In this document: one piece after another, positions 29,498 to 39,452 of the stretch
How the letters are laid out: every line of letters starts with the position of its first letter
Numbering within the stretch: position 1 is the stretch's first letter
Assembly (NCBI GenBank): GCA_947631835.1
Contig: CANRMW010000001.1
Coordinates: 1 to 63,371 of the forward strand
Origin: an uncultured Clostridia bacterium
GTDB taxonomy: Bacteria; Bacillota; Clostridia; Oscillospirales; Acutalibacteraceae
Direction: 5' to 3'
DNA: 63,371 nt
Translations under genes and position numbers: made by a program
The notes under the pieces: generated by a model
Seen by the model: the letters and a program-made list of their open reading frames with translations, nothing else
Databases searched by the model: none
What the model was told of the DNA's origin: nothing

Positions 29498-30799
29498 ATG
29501 TGGGCTGACGAGACCGTCTTTTATCAAATCTATCCGCTCGGCTTTTGCGGCGCCCCCGCGCAGAACGACGGCGTGACCGTCCCGCGCATCCGAAAGGTGC
29601 TCGACTGGATCGACCACCTAAAGCGCCTCTCCGTCGGCGCGGTGTACTTTTCCCCGATCTTTGATTCCGACGCGCACGGCTATGACACGCGCGACTACCG
29701 GACGCTCGACTGCCGCCTCGGCACGAACGAGGACTTCAAAGCCGTCGCCGCCGCGCTGCACGAAAACGGCGTCCGCGTCGTGCTCGACGGCGTGTTCAAC
29801 CACGTCGGGCGCGGGTTCTTCGCCTTTCGCGACGTGCAGGAAAGGCGCTGGGATTCCCCGTACCTCGACTGGTTCCTCACGAACTTCGACGGCAATTCCC
29901 CCTATAACGACGGCTTCTGGTACGAGGGCTGGGAGGGGCATTACGAGCTCGTGAAGCTCAATCTCCAAAACCCCGCCGTCGTGGACTATCTGCTCGACTG
30001 CGTGACCGGCTGGGTGCGGGACTTCGGCATCGACGGCCTGCGGCTCGACGTGGCGTATCTCCTTCCGGACGGCTTCCTGCGGCGGCTGCGGCAGCACTGC
30101 GACGGACTGAAGCCCGATTTCTGGCTCTGCGGCGAGATGATCCACGGCGACTACAACCGCGTGCTCGGCGCGGGGATCCACAGCGTGACGAACTACGAAT
30201 GCTACAAAGGGCTCTATTCCGCGTTCAATTCGATGAACCTCTTTGAGATCGCCCATTCGCTCGCGCGGCAGTTCGGCCCGGAGCCGTGGACGCTCTACAA
30301 GGGGAAGAACCTTTTGAGCTTCGCGGATAACCACGACGTGACGCGCGTCGCGAGCATTTTGAACGACGAAAAGCAGCTCTTTCCGCTCTACGCGCTGCTC
30401 TTTGCGATGCCCGGCGTCCCCTGCCTCTATTACGGCAGCGAGTGGGGCGCGAAGGCCAAAAAGAGCGACGGCGACCCGGCGCTGCGCCCCTGCTTCGAGC
30501 GCCCGGAGGAAAACGAGCTCACGGCTCACATCGCGAAGCTCGCCGCCGCAAAGCGGTCGAGCCGCGCGCTCCAGTATGGGGATTACCGGAACGTGACGAT
30601 CCAGAACAAAAACCTCCTCTTCGTCCGGGAAAAGGACGGCGAGAAGGTCTACTGCGCGGTGAACGCCGAGAACGCGCCCTGCGCCGTGGACGCGCGGGAC
30701 CGCTTCGACGCAGAGGATCTGCTCACCGGGGAAAAACTGCGCGTGGAAGGGCGCGTGGAGCTTCCCCCCTACGGGGCGCGGCTCCTAAAGCGCGTTTGA
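29498..30799 (+). CDS. GH13 alpha-amylase family protein (cyclomaltodextrinase-like)
   Basis: HGYDT, DGVFNH, GLRLDVA, GE, DNHD. Confidence 0.9.
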   Translation: MWADETVFYQIYPLGFCGAPAQNDGVTVPRIRKVLDWIDHLKRLSVGAVYFSPIFDSDAHGYDTRDYRTLDCRLGTNEDFKAVAAALHENGVRVVLDGVFNHVGRGFFAFRDVQERRWDSPYLDWFLTNFDGNSPYNDGFWYEGWEGHYELVKLNLQNPAVVDYLLDCVTGWVRDFGIDGLRLDVAYLLPDGFLRRLRQHCDGLKPDFWLCGEMIHGDYNRVLGAGIHSVTNYECYKGLYSAFNSMNLFEIAHSLARQFGPEPWTLYKGKNLLSFADNHDVTRVASILNDEKQLFPLYALLFAMPGVPCLYYGSEWGAKAKKSDGDPALRPCFERPEENELTAHIAKLAAAKRSSRALQYGDYRNVTIQNKNLLFVREKDGEKVYCAVNAENAPCAVDARDRFDAEDLLTGEKLRVEGRVELPPYGARLLKRV

Positions 30800-30813
30800 A
30801 AAAAGAAAACGGA

Positions 30814-30860
30814 AAAGCTCCCGCCCCGTCAAAAGACGGAACGGGAGCTTCCTGCTTTTT
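30814..30860. terminator. Bidirectional terminator
   Basis: AAGCTCCCG...CGGGAGCTT between convergent genes. Confidence 0.65.
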
Positions 30861-30871
30861 CGGAAAACGGA

Positions 30872-32350
30872 TCAGCAGAAGGGGTTCTCGGTCGGGTACG
30901 GGAGGGACTTGGGCTGGTTCCAGCCGATGTCCTTGACGCCGAGGTACTTGAAGACCTCGAAGAGCGCCTTGCCGAAGTGACCGAACGCCACTGCGCCGTG
31001 GTGCGGATAGTTCTTTTCGATCAGCACATGGCGGTAGAAGCGGCCCATCTCCGGGATCGCGAAAACGCCGATGCCGCCGAAGGAACGCGTCGGGACGTTG
31101 AGGACCTCGCCCTCGGCGACGTAGGCGCGCAGCTCGGTATCCGCGGTGCTCTGCAGGCGGAAGAAGGTGATGTCGCCGGGCATGATGTCGCCCTCGAGCG
31201 TGCCCTGCGTGACCTCCACGGGCAGGTTGCGGGCCATGATCTTCTGGTACTTCATGGAGCAGAACGCCAGCTTTCTGGAGCAGGTGTTGCCGCAGTGGAA
31301 GCCCATGAAGGTGTCCTTGTGCGTGTAGGGAGTCTTGCCCTCGATCTCGGCCTTGAACATATCGGCCGGGACGGTGTTGTTGATGTCGAGCAGCGTGACC
31401 GCGTCGGCGCTCACGCAGGTGCCGATAAATTCGGAGAGCGCGCCGTAGATATCGACCTCGCAGGAGACCGGGATGCCCATGCCCGTGAGACGGGAGTTGA
31501 CGTAGCACGGGACGAAGCCGAACTGCGTCTGGAACGCCGGCCAGCACTTGCCCGCGATGCAGACGAAGTCGCGGTAGCCCTTGTGCGCCTCCACCCAGTC
31601 GAGCAGCGTCAGCTCATACTGCGCGAGCTTCGGGAGGATCTCGGGCTTCTGGTTGCCCTCGCCGAGCTCCTTCGCCATGTCCACCGCGACCTTCTCGATG
31701 CGCGGGTCGCCCGCGTGGGCGTTGAAGGATTCGAAGAGGTCCAGCTCGCTGTTTTCCTCGATCTCCACGCCGAGGTCATAGAGCGGCTTGATCGGCGCGT
31801 TGCACGCGAGGAAGTTGAGCGGGCGCGGGCCGAAGGAGATGATCTTCAGATGGGAAAGGCCGTAGAGGGTGCGGGCGATGGGCAGGAAATCGTGGATCAT
31901 GTCCGCGCATTCCTCGGCGGTGCCGACCGGATATTCCGGGATGTACGCCTTGACGCCGCGCAGCTTCAGGTTGTAGCTGGCGTTCAGCATGCCGCAGAAC
32001 GCGTCGCCGCGGCCGTCCATGAGGTCTTCGGCGGATTCCTCCGCCGCGGCGCAGAACATGATCGGGCCGTCAAAGTGCTTCGCGAGCAGCGTTTCGGAGA
32101 TCTCCGGGCCGAAGTTGCCGAGATACACCACGAGCGCGTTGCAGCCGGCGTTCTTGATGTCCTCGAGCGCCTGGACCATGTGGATCTCGCTCTCCACGAT
32201 GCAGACAGGGCACTCATAGATCTCGGTGGCGCCGTATTTTTCGGTGTATGCCTTCATCAGGGCCTTGCGGCGGTTGACAGAAAGGGACTCCGGGAAACAG
32301 TCGCGGCTGACCGCCACGACGCCCACCTTCACGACGGGCATGTTGTTCAT
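30872..32350 (-). CDS. L-fucose/L-arabinose isomerase family protein
   Basis: GNFGPE, GDAFCG, CEVD, FHCGN, YPHHGA; promoter TTGCTT-N17-TACAAT at 32447-32419. Confidence 0.85.
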   Translation of the reverse strand: MNNMPVVKVGVVAVSRDCFPESLSVNRRKALMKAYTEKYGATEIYECPVCIVESEIHMVQALEDIKNAGCNALVVYLGNFGPEISETLLAKHFDGPIMFCAAAEESAEDLMDGRGDAFCGMLNASYNLKLRGVKAYIPEYPVGTAEECADMIHDFLPIARTLYGLSHLKIISFGPRPLNFLACNAPIKPLYDLGVEIEENSELDLFESFNAHAGDPRIEKVAVDMAKELGEGNQKPEILPKLAQYELTLLDWVEAHKGYRDFVCIAGKCWPAFQTQFGFVPCYVNSRLTGMGIPVSCEVDIYGALSEFIGTCVSADAVTLLDINNTVPADMFKAEIEGKTPYTHKDTFMGFHCGNTCSRKLAFCSMKYQKIMARNLPVEVTQGTLEGDIMPGDITFFRLQSTADTELRAYVAEGEVLNVPTRSFGGIGVFAIPEMGRFYRHVLIEKNYPHHGAVAFGHFGKALFEVFKYLGVKDIGWNQPKSLPYPTENPFC

Positions 32351-32451
32351 AAAACATTCCTCCTTAATGTTGCTGGAACAGAACGCGCGGCGCGACCCGC
32401 GCGGTTTCGCCTGTGAAAATTGTACAACTTTTTGCGGGAAAAAGCAAGGGG

Positions 32452-33297
32452 TCAGTGCTCGCGGCCGTCGGAAATCTCCGGGCGGATGTTTTCAAAGATG
32501 CACAGCGCGCCCATTTTCTTGGCCTTGGCGTAGTCCTCGGCGCTTCGGAGCGTCCAGCAGACCCGCTGCGCGCCGAAGAGATGCACCGCCGTCCAAAGCG
32601 CGGGATTCTTCTCCACGCGGATGTCCCACGCCTCGAAATGCGGGCGTGCCGCCGCGTTCGTGAAAAGTCCGTTCATGCAGAGCGACTTCCACATGCCGCC
32701 GCGCCCCTTGAAATTCGAGGCCGAAAAGCGCATCCCGAGCTGCCCGCGGACGACGTGCGGATGGTTCTTTCGAAACCACGCGACGATCTGCGGGGAGAAC
32801 GATTCCACGCAGTAATCGCCCTTATAGTCCTTGAGGATCTCCCAAACCAGCGGGCAGAGCAGATCGACGTCGTCATAGTCCTTCAGCTCGATGATGAGCG
32901 GCGTGCGCCCTCCGACGGCGGCGAGCGCCTCCGTGAAGAGCGGGACGCGTTCTTCGGTCCCGAGCAGGCGGTACGATCGCAGCTCCTCATACGTCAGGTC
33001 CCCGATGGAGATGTCTTCCCCACACAAGCGCTTGAGGCTGCGGTCGTGGTGCACGACGACCTTCCTGTCTTTGGTGAGCTGCAGGTCCCACTCGATGCCG
33101 TAGCCGGCGCGCACGGCCGCCCGAAACGCCGCGAGGGAGTTTTCCGGGACGCCGTGTTCCTTATCGTGCAGGCCGCGATGCGCGTAATCGAAGCCGGAAA
33201 GCCGGGAGAAATCGCCGCGCGGCGAGGCGGGGAAGATCAGGAAGGCCCAAAGCCCGGCGAGAAGAAGAACGAGAAGGACCGCGACAAACAGCAGCAT
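32452..33297 (-). CDS. Membrane-anchored glycerophosphodiester phosphodiesterase
   Basis: N-terminal TM, AHRGL, PENSL, GIEWD, HD, IELK. Confidence 0.9.
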   Translation of the reverse strand: MLLFVAVLLVLLLAGLWAFLIFPASPRGDFSRLSGFDYAHRGLHDKEHGVPENSLAAFRAAVRAGYGIEWDLQLTKDRKVVVHHDRSLKRLCGEDISIGDLTYEELRSYRLLGTEERVPLFTEALAAVGGRTPLIIELKDYDDVDLLCPLVWEILKDYKGDYCVESFSPQIVAWFRKNHPHVVRGQLGMRFSASNFKGRGGMWKSLCMNGLFTNAAARPHFEAWDIRVEKNPALWTAVHLFGAQRVCWTLRSAEDYAKAKKMGALCIFENIRPEISDGREH

Positions 33298-33335
33298 GAT
33301 AAAACCTCCGTTTCCTGTATCTTTGGCGGAAACGC

Positions 33336-34211
33336 TCACCGCGCCCGCCGGTATCTGGAGGGGGTCGTTCCGAAAGCCCCCCGAAAGACCTCGATGAAAT
33401 AGCTGACGCTGTTGAACCCGCTGTCGAGCGCGGCGTCGAGCACACGCACGCCGGGGTCGCGCAGCAGCGCGGCGGCGTGGGAGAGACGGACATTGTTGAT
33501 GAACTCCACCGGCGTGCGCAGGGTGTATTGCTTGAAGACGCGGCAGAAATGCCCCTGGCTCATGCCGGAGAGGCGCGCGAGCGATTCCGTGGAGATGGGC
33601 GCGCGGAAGTTCTCCTGGATGTACCCGATGGCCGCCTTGATGCCGGCGGCGTTCGATGGCGAGCGGGCCGTGCGGCGCGGCGTGCCGGGATATGCCAGCA
33701 TCGCCGCGAACGCGGAGAGCATCCGCGCCTTCACGGTGAGCTCGTAGAGCGGCGGGCGGGAAAAGATCAGCGGGAGGACGTCATCCAGCGCCTCGGAGAT
33801 CGTCCGGTTTTCCGGGGTCCCGGCGGGGATGCGGCGCGGGGTGGAGAGCGTCCCCGAGAGGATCGGCGCGATGTACTTTTCCCCAACCAGATCTTTGACC
33901 GGCGCGCAGAGCAGGTCCGCGCCGAAGACGACCGCCTCAAAATCGAGGTCCTGCCCGTCCTCGGGGACGGCGGCGTGGAGTTCGCCGGAGCTGAAAAAGA
34001 AGACGTCGCCTTTTTCGCCGGTCATCGGTTCCGCGCCGCAGAGGACGGAGACGCGCCCGTCCATGACGCGGAAAAACTCCATCTCGTCGTGCCAGTGGCA
34101 ATCGAGCACGGAAAAGCCGTCCTTGCGGCCGAGGCGGTAGGCCATGACCGGGAAATCCTCCTCGCCGTGGCGGCTCTCCTCTTTCAATGCGGCGGCGCGT
34201 TTGGAAAGCAA
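33336..34211 (-). CDS. AraC family transcriptional regulator
   Basis: Cupin HWHDEME, C-terminal GFNSVSYFIEVF...TPSRYR; AGGAGG RBS; divergent from yicI. Confidence 0.93.
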   Translation of the reverse strand: MLSKRAAALKEESRHGEEDFPVMAYRLGRKDGFSVLDCHWHDEMEFFRVMDGRVSVLCGAEPMTGEKGDVFFFSSGELHAAVPEDGQDLDFEAVVFGADLLCAPVKDLVGEKYIAPILSGTLSTPRRIPAGTPENRTISEALDDVLPLIFSRPPLYELTVKARMLSAFAAMLAYPGTPRRTARSPSNAAGIKAAIGYIQENFRAPISTESLARLSGMSQGHFCRVFKQYTLRTPVEFINNVRLSHAAALLRDPGVRVLDAALDSGFNSVSYFIEVFRGAFGTTPSRYRRAR

Positions 34212-34280
34212 GGAGCTTCCTCCTTTCCCGAAAAAACACGATCTCGATCAAAATCGTGATACAAATAGGCAATTTTACGG

Positions 34281-34309
34281 TAGACAGCGAAGGGAAACGC
34301 TGTTATACT
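34281..34309 (+). promoter_or_regulatory. Promoter of the GH31 gene
   Basis: TAGACA-N17-TATACT with TG. Confidence 0.6.
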
Positions 34310-34388
34310 TATGATAAGGCACGGGCGCGAAAAGCGCAAGTGTTATTTTGGGGATTTTCAAAATATTTTGGAAAGGAAGCGTATTTTT

Positions 34389-36725
34389 GTGAAATTCACG
34401 AAAGGGTATTGGCTGAACAGGCCCGGCGTGACCAGCACGGACGCCGTGCAGATCCGCGAAGTGAAGATCGAGAGGGATCGGGTGTATCTCTACACCGTGC
34501 CGTATCCCATGGACATGCGGGCGATGGGCGGCCCGCTGCTGGAGCTTTTCATCTCCTCGCCGCAGCCGAACGTCATCCGGACCGAGGCGTACCACTTCAT
34601 GGGCTCGAACCAAAAAATGCCCGCGTTCGAGCTGAACGACCTCCACTGTGCGCTGGACGCGGAGGAAACGGAAAGCGCCGTGACCGTGAAGAGCGGCGAC
34701 ACGAAGCTCGTCATCACGAAGAACCCGTGCGGATTCACATATTATTACAAGGGCCGGAAGATCACGCACGTCGGCGACCGCTTCGGGCACGCGATGATCA
34801 GCACGGTGGAGACGCCGGAGGGGAACTTCATGCGCGGCCAGATGGACCTCGATATCGGCGAGAAGGTCTACGGCCTCGGCGAGCGCTTCACGCCGTTCGT
34901 GAAGAACGGGCAGGTCGTCGATATCTGGAACGAGGACGGCGGCACCTGCACCGAGATCTCCTACAAGAACATCCCGTTTTACATCACGAACCGCGGCTGC
35001 GGCGTGCTGGTGAACGATCCCGGCCCGGTCTCCTTTGAGATCTGCTCCGAGCAGGTGACGCGCGTGCAGTTCTCCGTGCCGGGCGAGAAGCTGGACTTCA
35101 TGGTGGTCGGCGGCGCGGATATGAAGGAAGTGCTGACGCATTACACCGCGCTGACGGGCCGCCCGGCGCTGCCCCCGGCGTGGACCTTCGGGCTGTGGCT
35201 GACCTCCTCGTTCACGACCTCCTACGACGAGAAGACCGTGATGGAGTTTGTGGACGGCATGGCCGAGCGCCACATCCCGCTGCACGTCTTCCACTTCGAC
35301 TGCTACTGGATGAAGGAAAACGAATGGTGCAACTTCGACTGGGACAAGGCGATGTTCCCGGACATCGACCATCAGCTGAAGGTCATGAAGGAGGAGAAGG
35401 GGCTCAAGATCTGCGTCTGGATCAACCCGTATATCGGGCAGAAATCCCCGCTCTTCAAGGAGGGCAAGGAGAACGGCTACCTGCTGAAGCGCCCGAACGG
35501 GGACGTTTGGCAGTGGGACCTCTGGCAGGCGGGCATGGGCCTTGTGGACTTCACGAACCCCGCCGCGTGGAAGTGGTATCAGGAGAAGCTGCGGGCGCTG
35601 CTCGACCAGGGCGTGGACTGCTTCAAAACCGACTTCGGCGAGCGCATCCCGACGGACTGCGTGTATTATGACGGCAGCGACCCGCTGCGGATGCACAACT
35701 ACTACACCTATCTCTACAACAAATGCGTCTTCGAGCTGCTCGAGGAATACAAGGGCAAAAACGAGGCGGTCGTCTTCGCGCGCAGCGCGACGGTCGGCGG
35801 GCAGAAGTTCCCCGTGCACTGGGGCGGCGACTGCTCCTCGAACTACCCCTCGATGTCCGAATCGCTGCGCGGCGGGCTCTCGCTGTGCCTCTCCGGGTTC
35901 GGCTTCTGGAGCCACGATATGTCCGGCTTTGAAGGCACCGCCCCGGCGGACGTCTACAAGCGCTGGGCGGCGTTCGGCCTGCTCTCCACCCACTCTCGGC
36001 TGCACGGCTCGAACTCCTACCGCGTGCCGTGGCTGTTCTCGAAGGAGGGCGAGGAGCACGGCGAGGAGAGCGTCGCGGTGGTGAAGCGGTTCTCCGAGCT
36101 GAAATGCACGCTGATGCCGTATATGTTCTCCGCGGCCGTCCACACGCACCGGACCGGCGTCCCGACGATGCGCGCGATGGTGCTGGAGTTCCCGGGCGAC
36201 ATCGCCTGCGAGGACCTCGACCGCGAGTATATGCTCGGCGACAGCCTGCTCGTCGCGCCGGTGTTCCGCGAGAACGGCGACGTCGATTACTACCTGCCCG
36301 AGGGCAAATGGACGCACCTGCTCTCGAACGAGGTGAAGACCGGCGGCCGCTGGATGCACGAGAATTACGATTTCTTCTCGCTGCCGCTGCTCGCGCGGGA
36401 GAACTCGATCGTCGCGATCGGCGCGAACGACCAGCGCCCGGATTACGACTACGGCGAAGGGCTCACGCTGCACGTCTTCGAGCTTTCGTCGAAGGCCGAG
36501 GCGCTCGTGAACGACGCGAAGGGGAACGATATGCTCCGCGTCTGCGCCGTGAACGACGGCGGGAAGGTGACGCTGCACTTCGAGGGCGCGGCGAAGAACC
36601 TCTCCGTGCTCATGCGGAACGTCCGCGAGGTGAAGGATCTCGTCGGCGCGGCGGCCGAGCCCGTGGAGTTCGGCACGCTGCTGCGCGTGAACGACGGCCT
36701 TAGCGACGTGACGTTCACCCTCTGA
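34389..36725 (+). CDS. yicI: Alpha-xylosidase (GH31)
   Basis: KFTKGYW start, FHFDCYWM, FKTDFGERIP nucleophile, HWGGD, WSHD. Confidence 0.92.
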   Translation: MKFTKGYWLNRPGVTSTDAVQIREVKIERDRVYLYTVPYPMDMRAMGGPLLELFISSPQPNVIRTEAYHFMGSNQKMPAFELNDLHCALDAEETESAVTVKSGDTKLVITKNPCGFTYYYKGRKITHVGDRFGHAMISTVETPEGNFMRGQMDLDIGEKVYGLGERFTPFVKNGQVVDIWNEDGGTCTEISYKNIPFYITNRGCGVLVNDPGPVSFEICSEQVTRVQFSVPGEKLDFMVVGGADMKEVLTHYTALTGRPALPPAWTFGLWLTSSFTTSYDEKTVMEFVDGMAERHIPLHVFHFDCYWMKENEWCNFDWDKAMFPDIDHQLKVMKEEKGLKICVWINPYIGQKSPLFKEGKENGYLLKRPNGDVWQWDLWQAGMGLVDFTNPAAWKWYQEKLRALLDQGVDCFKTDFGERIPTDCVYYDGSDPLRMHNYYTYLYNKCVFELLEEYKGKNEAVVFARSATVGGQKFPVHWGGDCSSNYPSMSESLRGGLSLCLSGFGFWSHDMSGFEGTAPADVYKRWAAFGLLSTHSRLHGSNSYRVPWLFSKEGEEHGEESVAVVKRFSELKCTLMPYMFSAAVHTHRTGVPTMRAMVLEFPGDIACEDLDREYMLGDSLLVAPVFRENGDVDYYLPEGKWTHLLSNEVKTGGRWMHENYDFFSLPLLARENSIVAIGANDQRPDYDYGEGLTLHVFELSSKAEALVNDAKGNDMLRVCAVNDGGKVTLHFEGAAKNLSVLMRNVREVKDLVGAAAEPVEFGTLLRVNDGLSDVTFTL

Positions 36726-36754
36726 GCCTCCTAAAGAAAAACGGAAAGAAGCAG

Positions 36755-36790
36755 AAAGTCCCGCTCCCCGAAAAAGGGAGCGGGACTTTT
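36755..36790. terminator. Bidirectional terminator
   Basis: AAAGTCCCGCTCCC/GGGAGCGGGACTTT. Confidence 0.8.
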
Positions 36791-36804
36791 GCGCGTGGCG
36801 ACAG

Positions 36805-37356
36805 TTACAGCCTGAACGTTTCTTGGATGCGGCGCGCCGCCTCCTGCGGGGAAAGGGAGGCGTTCTCGATGCGCAGGTAATTCTCGAACGGGACCTCGCC
36901 CGGGAAGCTGACGCAGCGGTACTTCTCGTCGTCCGCGAGGAGGCGGGCGTTCGAGGCGGCGAGGTCGCGCTTCGAGGGCTTTTCCCGCAGACGGTTTTCG
37001 GTCGCGTTCCGCGCGAGGCGGACCTCCTGCGGGGCAATAAGCTCGACGTAATAAAATTCCGTGCCGTAGGGCGCGAAGATGCTCCTGACGTGCTCGAGGT
37101 AGTCCCAGTCGGACTGTTGGTCGAAGGCCATCATCAGCGTGAAGATCAGGCCGTACCGGTCGGAGGCGGCGAACCGGCGGAAGATCAGCTCGCGCATCTC
37201 GGCGATGACCTCGCTCTCGAACGTGCCGAAGATCTCGAGGACGGACTCGATCGTCATGTGGTTGTGGAACAGGCGCAGCGCGGTGATCTTCGTCAGTTCC
37301 TGCCCGACGGTCATTTTCCCGACCGCCGCGTCGCCCAAGAGAAATACGAGCTTCAT
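36805..37356 (-). CDS. P-loop kinase (shikimate-kinase-like AAA family)
   Basis: GDAAVGKMTVG, LFHNH, RLARN-ENRL-KPSKR. Confidence 0.8.
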   Translation of the reverse strand: MKLVFLLGDAAVGKMTVGQELTKITALRLFHNHMTIESVLEIFGTFESEVIAEMRELIFRRFAASDRYGLIFTLMMAFDQQSDWDYLEHVRSIFAPYGTEFYYVELIAPQEVRLARNATENRLREKPSKRDLAASNARLLADDEKYRCVSFPGEVPFENYLRIENASLSPQEAARRIQETFRL

Positions 37357-37508
37357 TTTCCGGGTCCCTCCGTTCGTCCGTTGTGTGGAGAAATGCCGCG
37401 CGCCCGAAAAGAGGCTTTCTGGCGCGGTTCGTTTGTGCATTTGTCTGCGGCCTCTGTTTTCATGCAAGCAGCCCGGCGGGCGGCCAAGCTGCCGGTTTTA
37501 GAGGCACA

Positions 37509-37544
37509 GCAAAAGTTTTCGCCCAGCCTTTTTCAAAAGGCTGG
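37509..37544. repeat. Module A copy, inverted orientation
   Basis: GCAAAAGTTTTCGC-CCAGCCTTTTtcAAAAGGCTGG abutting the SBP stop codon. Confidence 0.7.
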
Positions 37545-38354
37545 TTAGTCTTTCGAGGAGAGGTCGTAGCCGAAATACTTTTCGGAGAGCTCGCGGAGCT
37601 TGCCGCTCTCGCGGAGCTCGGCGATCGTCTCGTTGATGATCTGGAGGAGGGCGGCGTTCTTCTCGCCCTTCTGGACGGGGATCGCGACCTCGGTGACGTC
37701 CTCGCTGATCGCGGCGATCTTGATCGGAGCGTCGGGGTAGAGCTTGATGTAATCGTAGAACGAGCCCTCGCCGTTGAGGGTCGCGTCGATGCGGCCAGAG
37801 GTCAGTAGTTCGAGCGTCTGGCTGAAGTCGTCCACGCCGGTGACGTTCGCGCCGTAGGCTTCCGCGACGTTCGCGTAGGTGCTGTTCACGGTGTTCGCGG
37901 TCGTCTTGCCCTCGAGGTCCTCGAAGCTCTGGATGGAGTCGTCGTCCGCGCGGACGATGATGACCGTCTTGTTGAACGCGTAGGGATCGGAGAAGTCATA
38001 AGTCTTTTTGCGGTTCTCGTCGATGTCAACGCCGTTCACCATGATGTCGTAGCGGCCGCTCTCGATGCCCGCGAGCAGCGCGTCCCACTCGCCCTCGATA
38101 AAGTTCGCCTTGACGCCGATCTTGTCTGCGATGGCCTGCCCGACCTCCACGTCGTAGCCGACGAGATTGTCGTCCTCGTCGTGGTACGTCCACGGCGCCC
38201 AGGTGCCCTCCATTGCAATGGTGATCTCGCCCTTCTCCTTGATCGCGGAGAGCGTGTCGCCTTCCGCCGCCCCGCTTTCCGCGCCGCCGGAGCAGGCCGC
38301 GAACGAGACGAGGAGCATGAGGAGTGCGAGCAGGATGGAAACGGTTTTTTTCAT
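37545..38354 (-). CDS. Polar amino-acid (cystine-like) ABC substrate-binding lipoprotein
   Basis: Lipobox FAAC, EGTWAPW, GYDVEV, SGRYD. Confidence 0.9.
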   Translation of the reverse strand: MKKTVSILLALLMLLVSFAACSGGAESGAAEGDTLSAIKEKGEITIAMEGTWAPWTYHDEDDNLVGYDVEVGQAIADKIGVKANFIEGEWDALLAGIESGRYDIMVNGVDIDENRKKTYDFSDPYAFNKTVIIVRADDDSIQSFEDLEGKTTANTVNSTYANVAEAYGANVTGVDDFSQTLELLTSGRIDATLNGEGSFYDYIKLYPDAPIKIAAISEDVTEVAIPVQKGEKNAALLQIINETIAELRESGKLRELSEKYFGYDLSSKD

Positions 38355-38387
38355 TGATTTTTCTCCCTTCGGTGATGTATGTTTTCT

Positions 38388-38693
38388 CCCTGCCTTTTCC
38401 GGAGAAAAGGCAGGGCCAAAAGACTTTTTGCTTCCCCAACCTTTTCTGAAGAAAAGGTTGGACCAAAAGACTTTTTGCTTCGCGTTGGTCGCGTGTGCGT
38501 GAAACGCACGACGCTTCGCCGGTGCTTTCAGTGGACTTTCCCCCGCGTCAGAAGATGGGTTCGTTTTGTGCGTTCGCTTCCGTTCACCGCAAGCCGACGT
38601 AGAGCAAACGAAACGGGCTTTGCCCGCGCGCCAGAAGATAGGCTGGTGTGGGAAGTTTGCTTCCGTTCACCGCGAGCCAGTGTAAGGCAAAGG
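38388..38693. repeat. Composite repeat array A-A-B-C'
   Basis: Two module A hairpins (38388-38434, 38436-38481), one ~146-bp B unit (38481-38627) and a partial second copy of its right half (38631-38693). Confidence 0.88.
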
Positions 38694-39443
38694 TCAGAAC
38701 CCTTCGCCGCCGATGGTACGCAGGAACGCGCGGACGCGCTCCTCCTTCGGGTTTTCGAAAAACGCGCGCGACTCGCCGGATTCGATGATCTTCCCGCCGT
38801 CCATGAAGACGACCTTCGTCGAGACGTTCCGCGCGAAGCTCATCTCGTGGGTGACAACGAGCATTGTGCGGCCTTCCTCGGCGAGGCGGCGCATCACGGC
38901 GAGGACTTCGCCGATGAGCTCCGGGTCGAGCGCGGAGGTCGGCTCGTCGAAGTAGATGATCTCCGGGTCGGTGACGAGGGCGCGGGCGATTGCGACGCGC
39001 TGCTGCTGGCCGCCGGAGAGCTGGTTCGGGTAGTGGTCCGCGCGGTCGGCGAGGCCGACTTTCGCGAGCGCGTCCATCGCGACGCGGTTGGCCTTGTCCT
39101 TCGCCATGCCGCGCGCCGTGACGAGGCCCTCCGTGACGTTTTGCAGGGCCGTCTTGTTGCGAAAGAGGTTGTAATTCTGAAAGACGAACGCCGTCTTTTT
39201 GCGCAGGCGGATGACGTCCTTCTTCGGGACGTGGCCGAGGCGGAACTCCTCGCCGTCGAAGCGCAGGGTGCCGCTGTCCGCCGTTTCGAGGAAGTTCGCG
39301 CAGCGCAGCAGCGTCGTTTTGCCGGAGCCGGAAGGCCCGAGGATCGCCACGACGTCGCCCTTTTCCACGGAAAGGCTCACGTCCTGCAGGACTTCCGTCG
39401 CGCCGAACGATTTGCGGATGTGCTGGATCTCCAAGATCGCCAT
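38694..39443 (-). CDS. Amino-acid ABC transporter ATP-binding protein
   Basis: GPSGSGKTT, LSGGQQQRVAIARAL, DEPTSALDPEL. Confidence 0.95.
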   Translation of the reverse strand: MAILEIQHIRKSFGATEVLQDVSLSVEKGDVVAILGPSGSGKTTLLRCANFLETADSGTLRFDGEEFRLGHVPKKDVIRLRKKTAFVFQNYNLFRNKTALQNVTEGLVTARGMAKDKANRVAMDALAKVGLADRADHYPNQLSGGQQQRVAIARALVTDPEIIYFDEPTSALDPELIGEVLAVMRRLAEEGRTMLVVTHEMSFARNVSTKVVFMDGGKIIESGESRAFFENPKEERVRAFLRTIGGEGF

Positions 39444-39452
39444 GGGTGCCTC

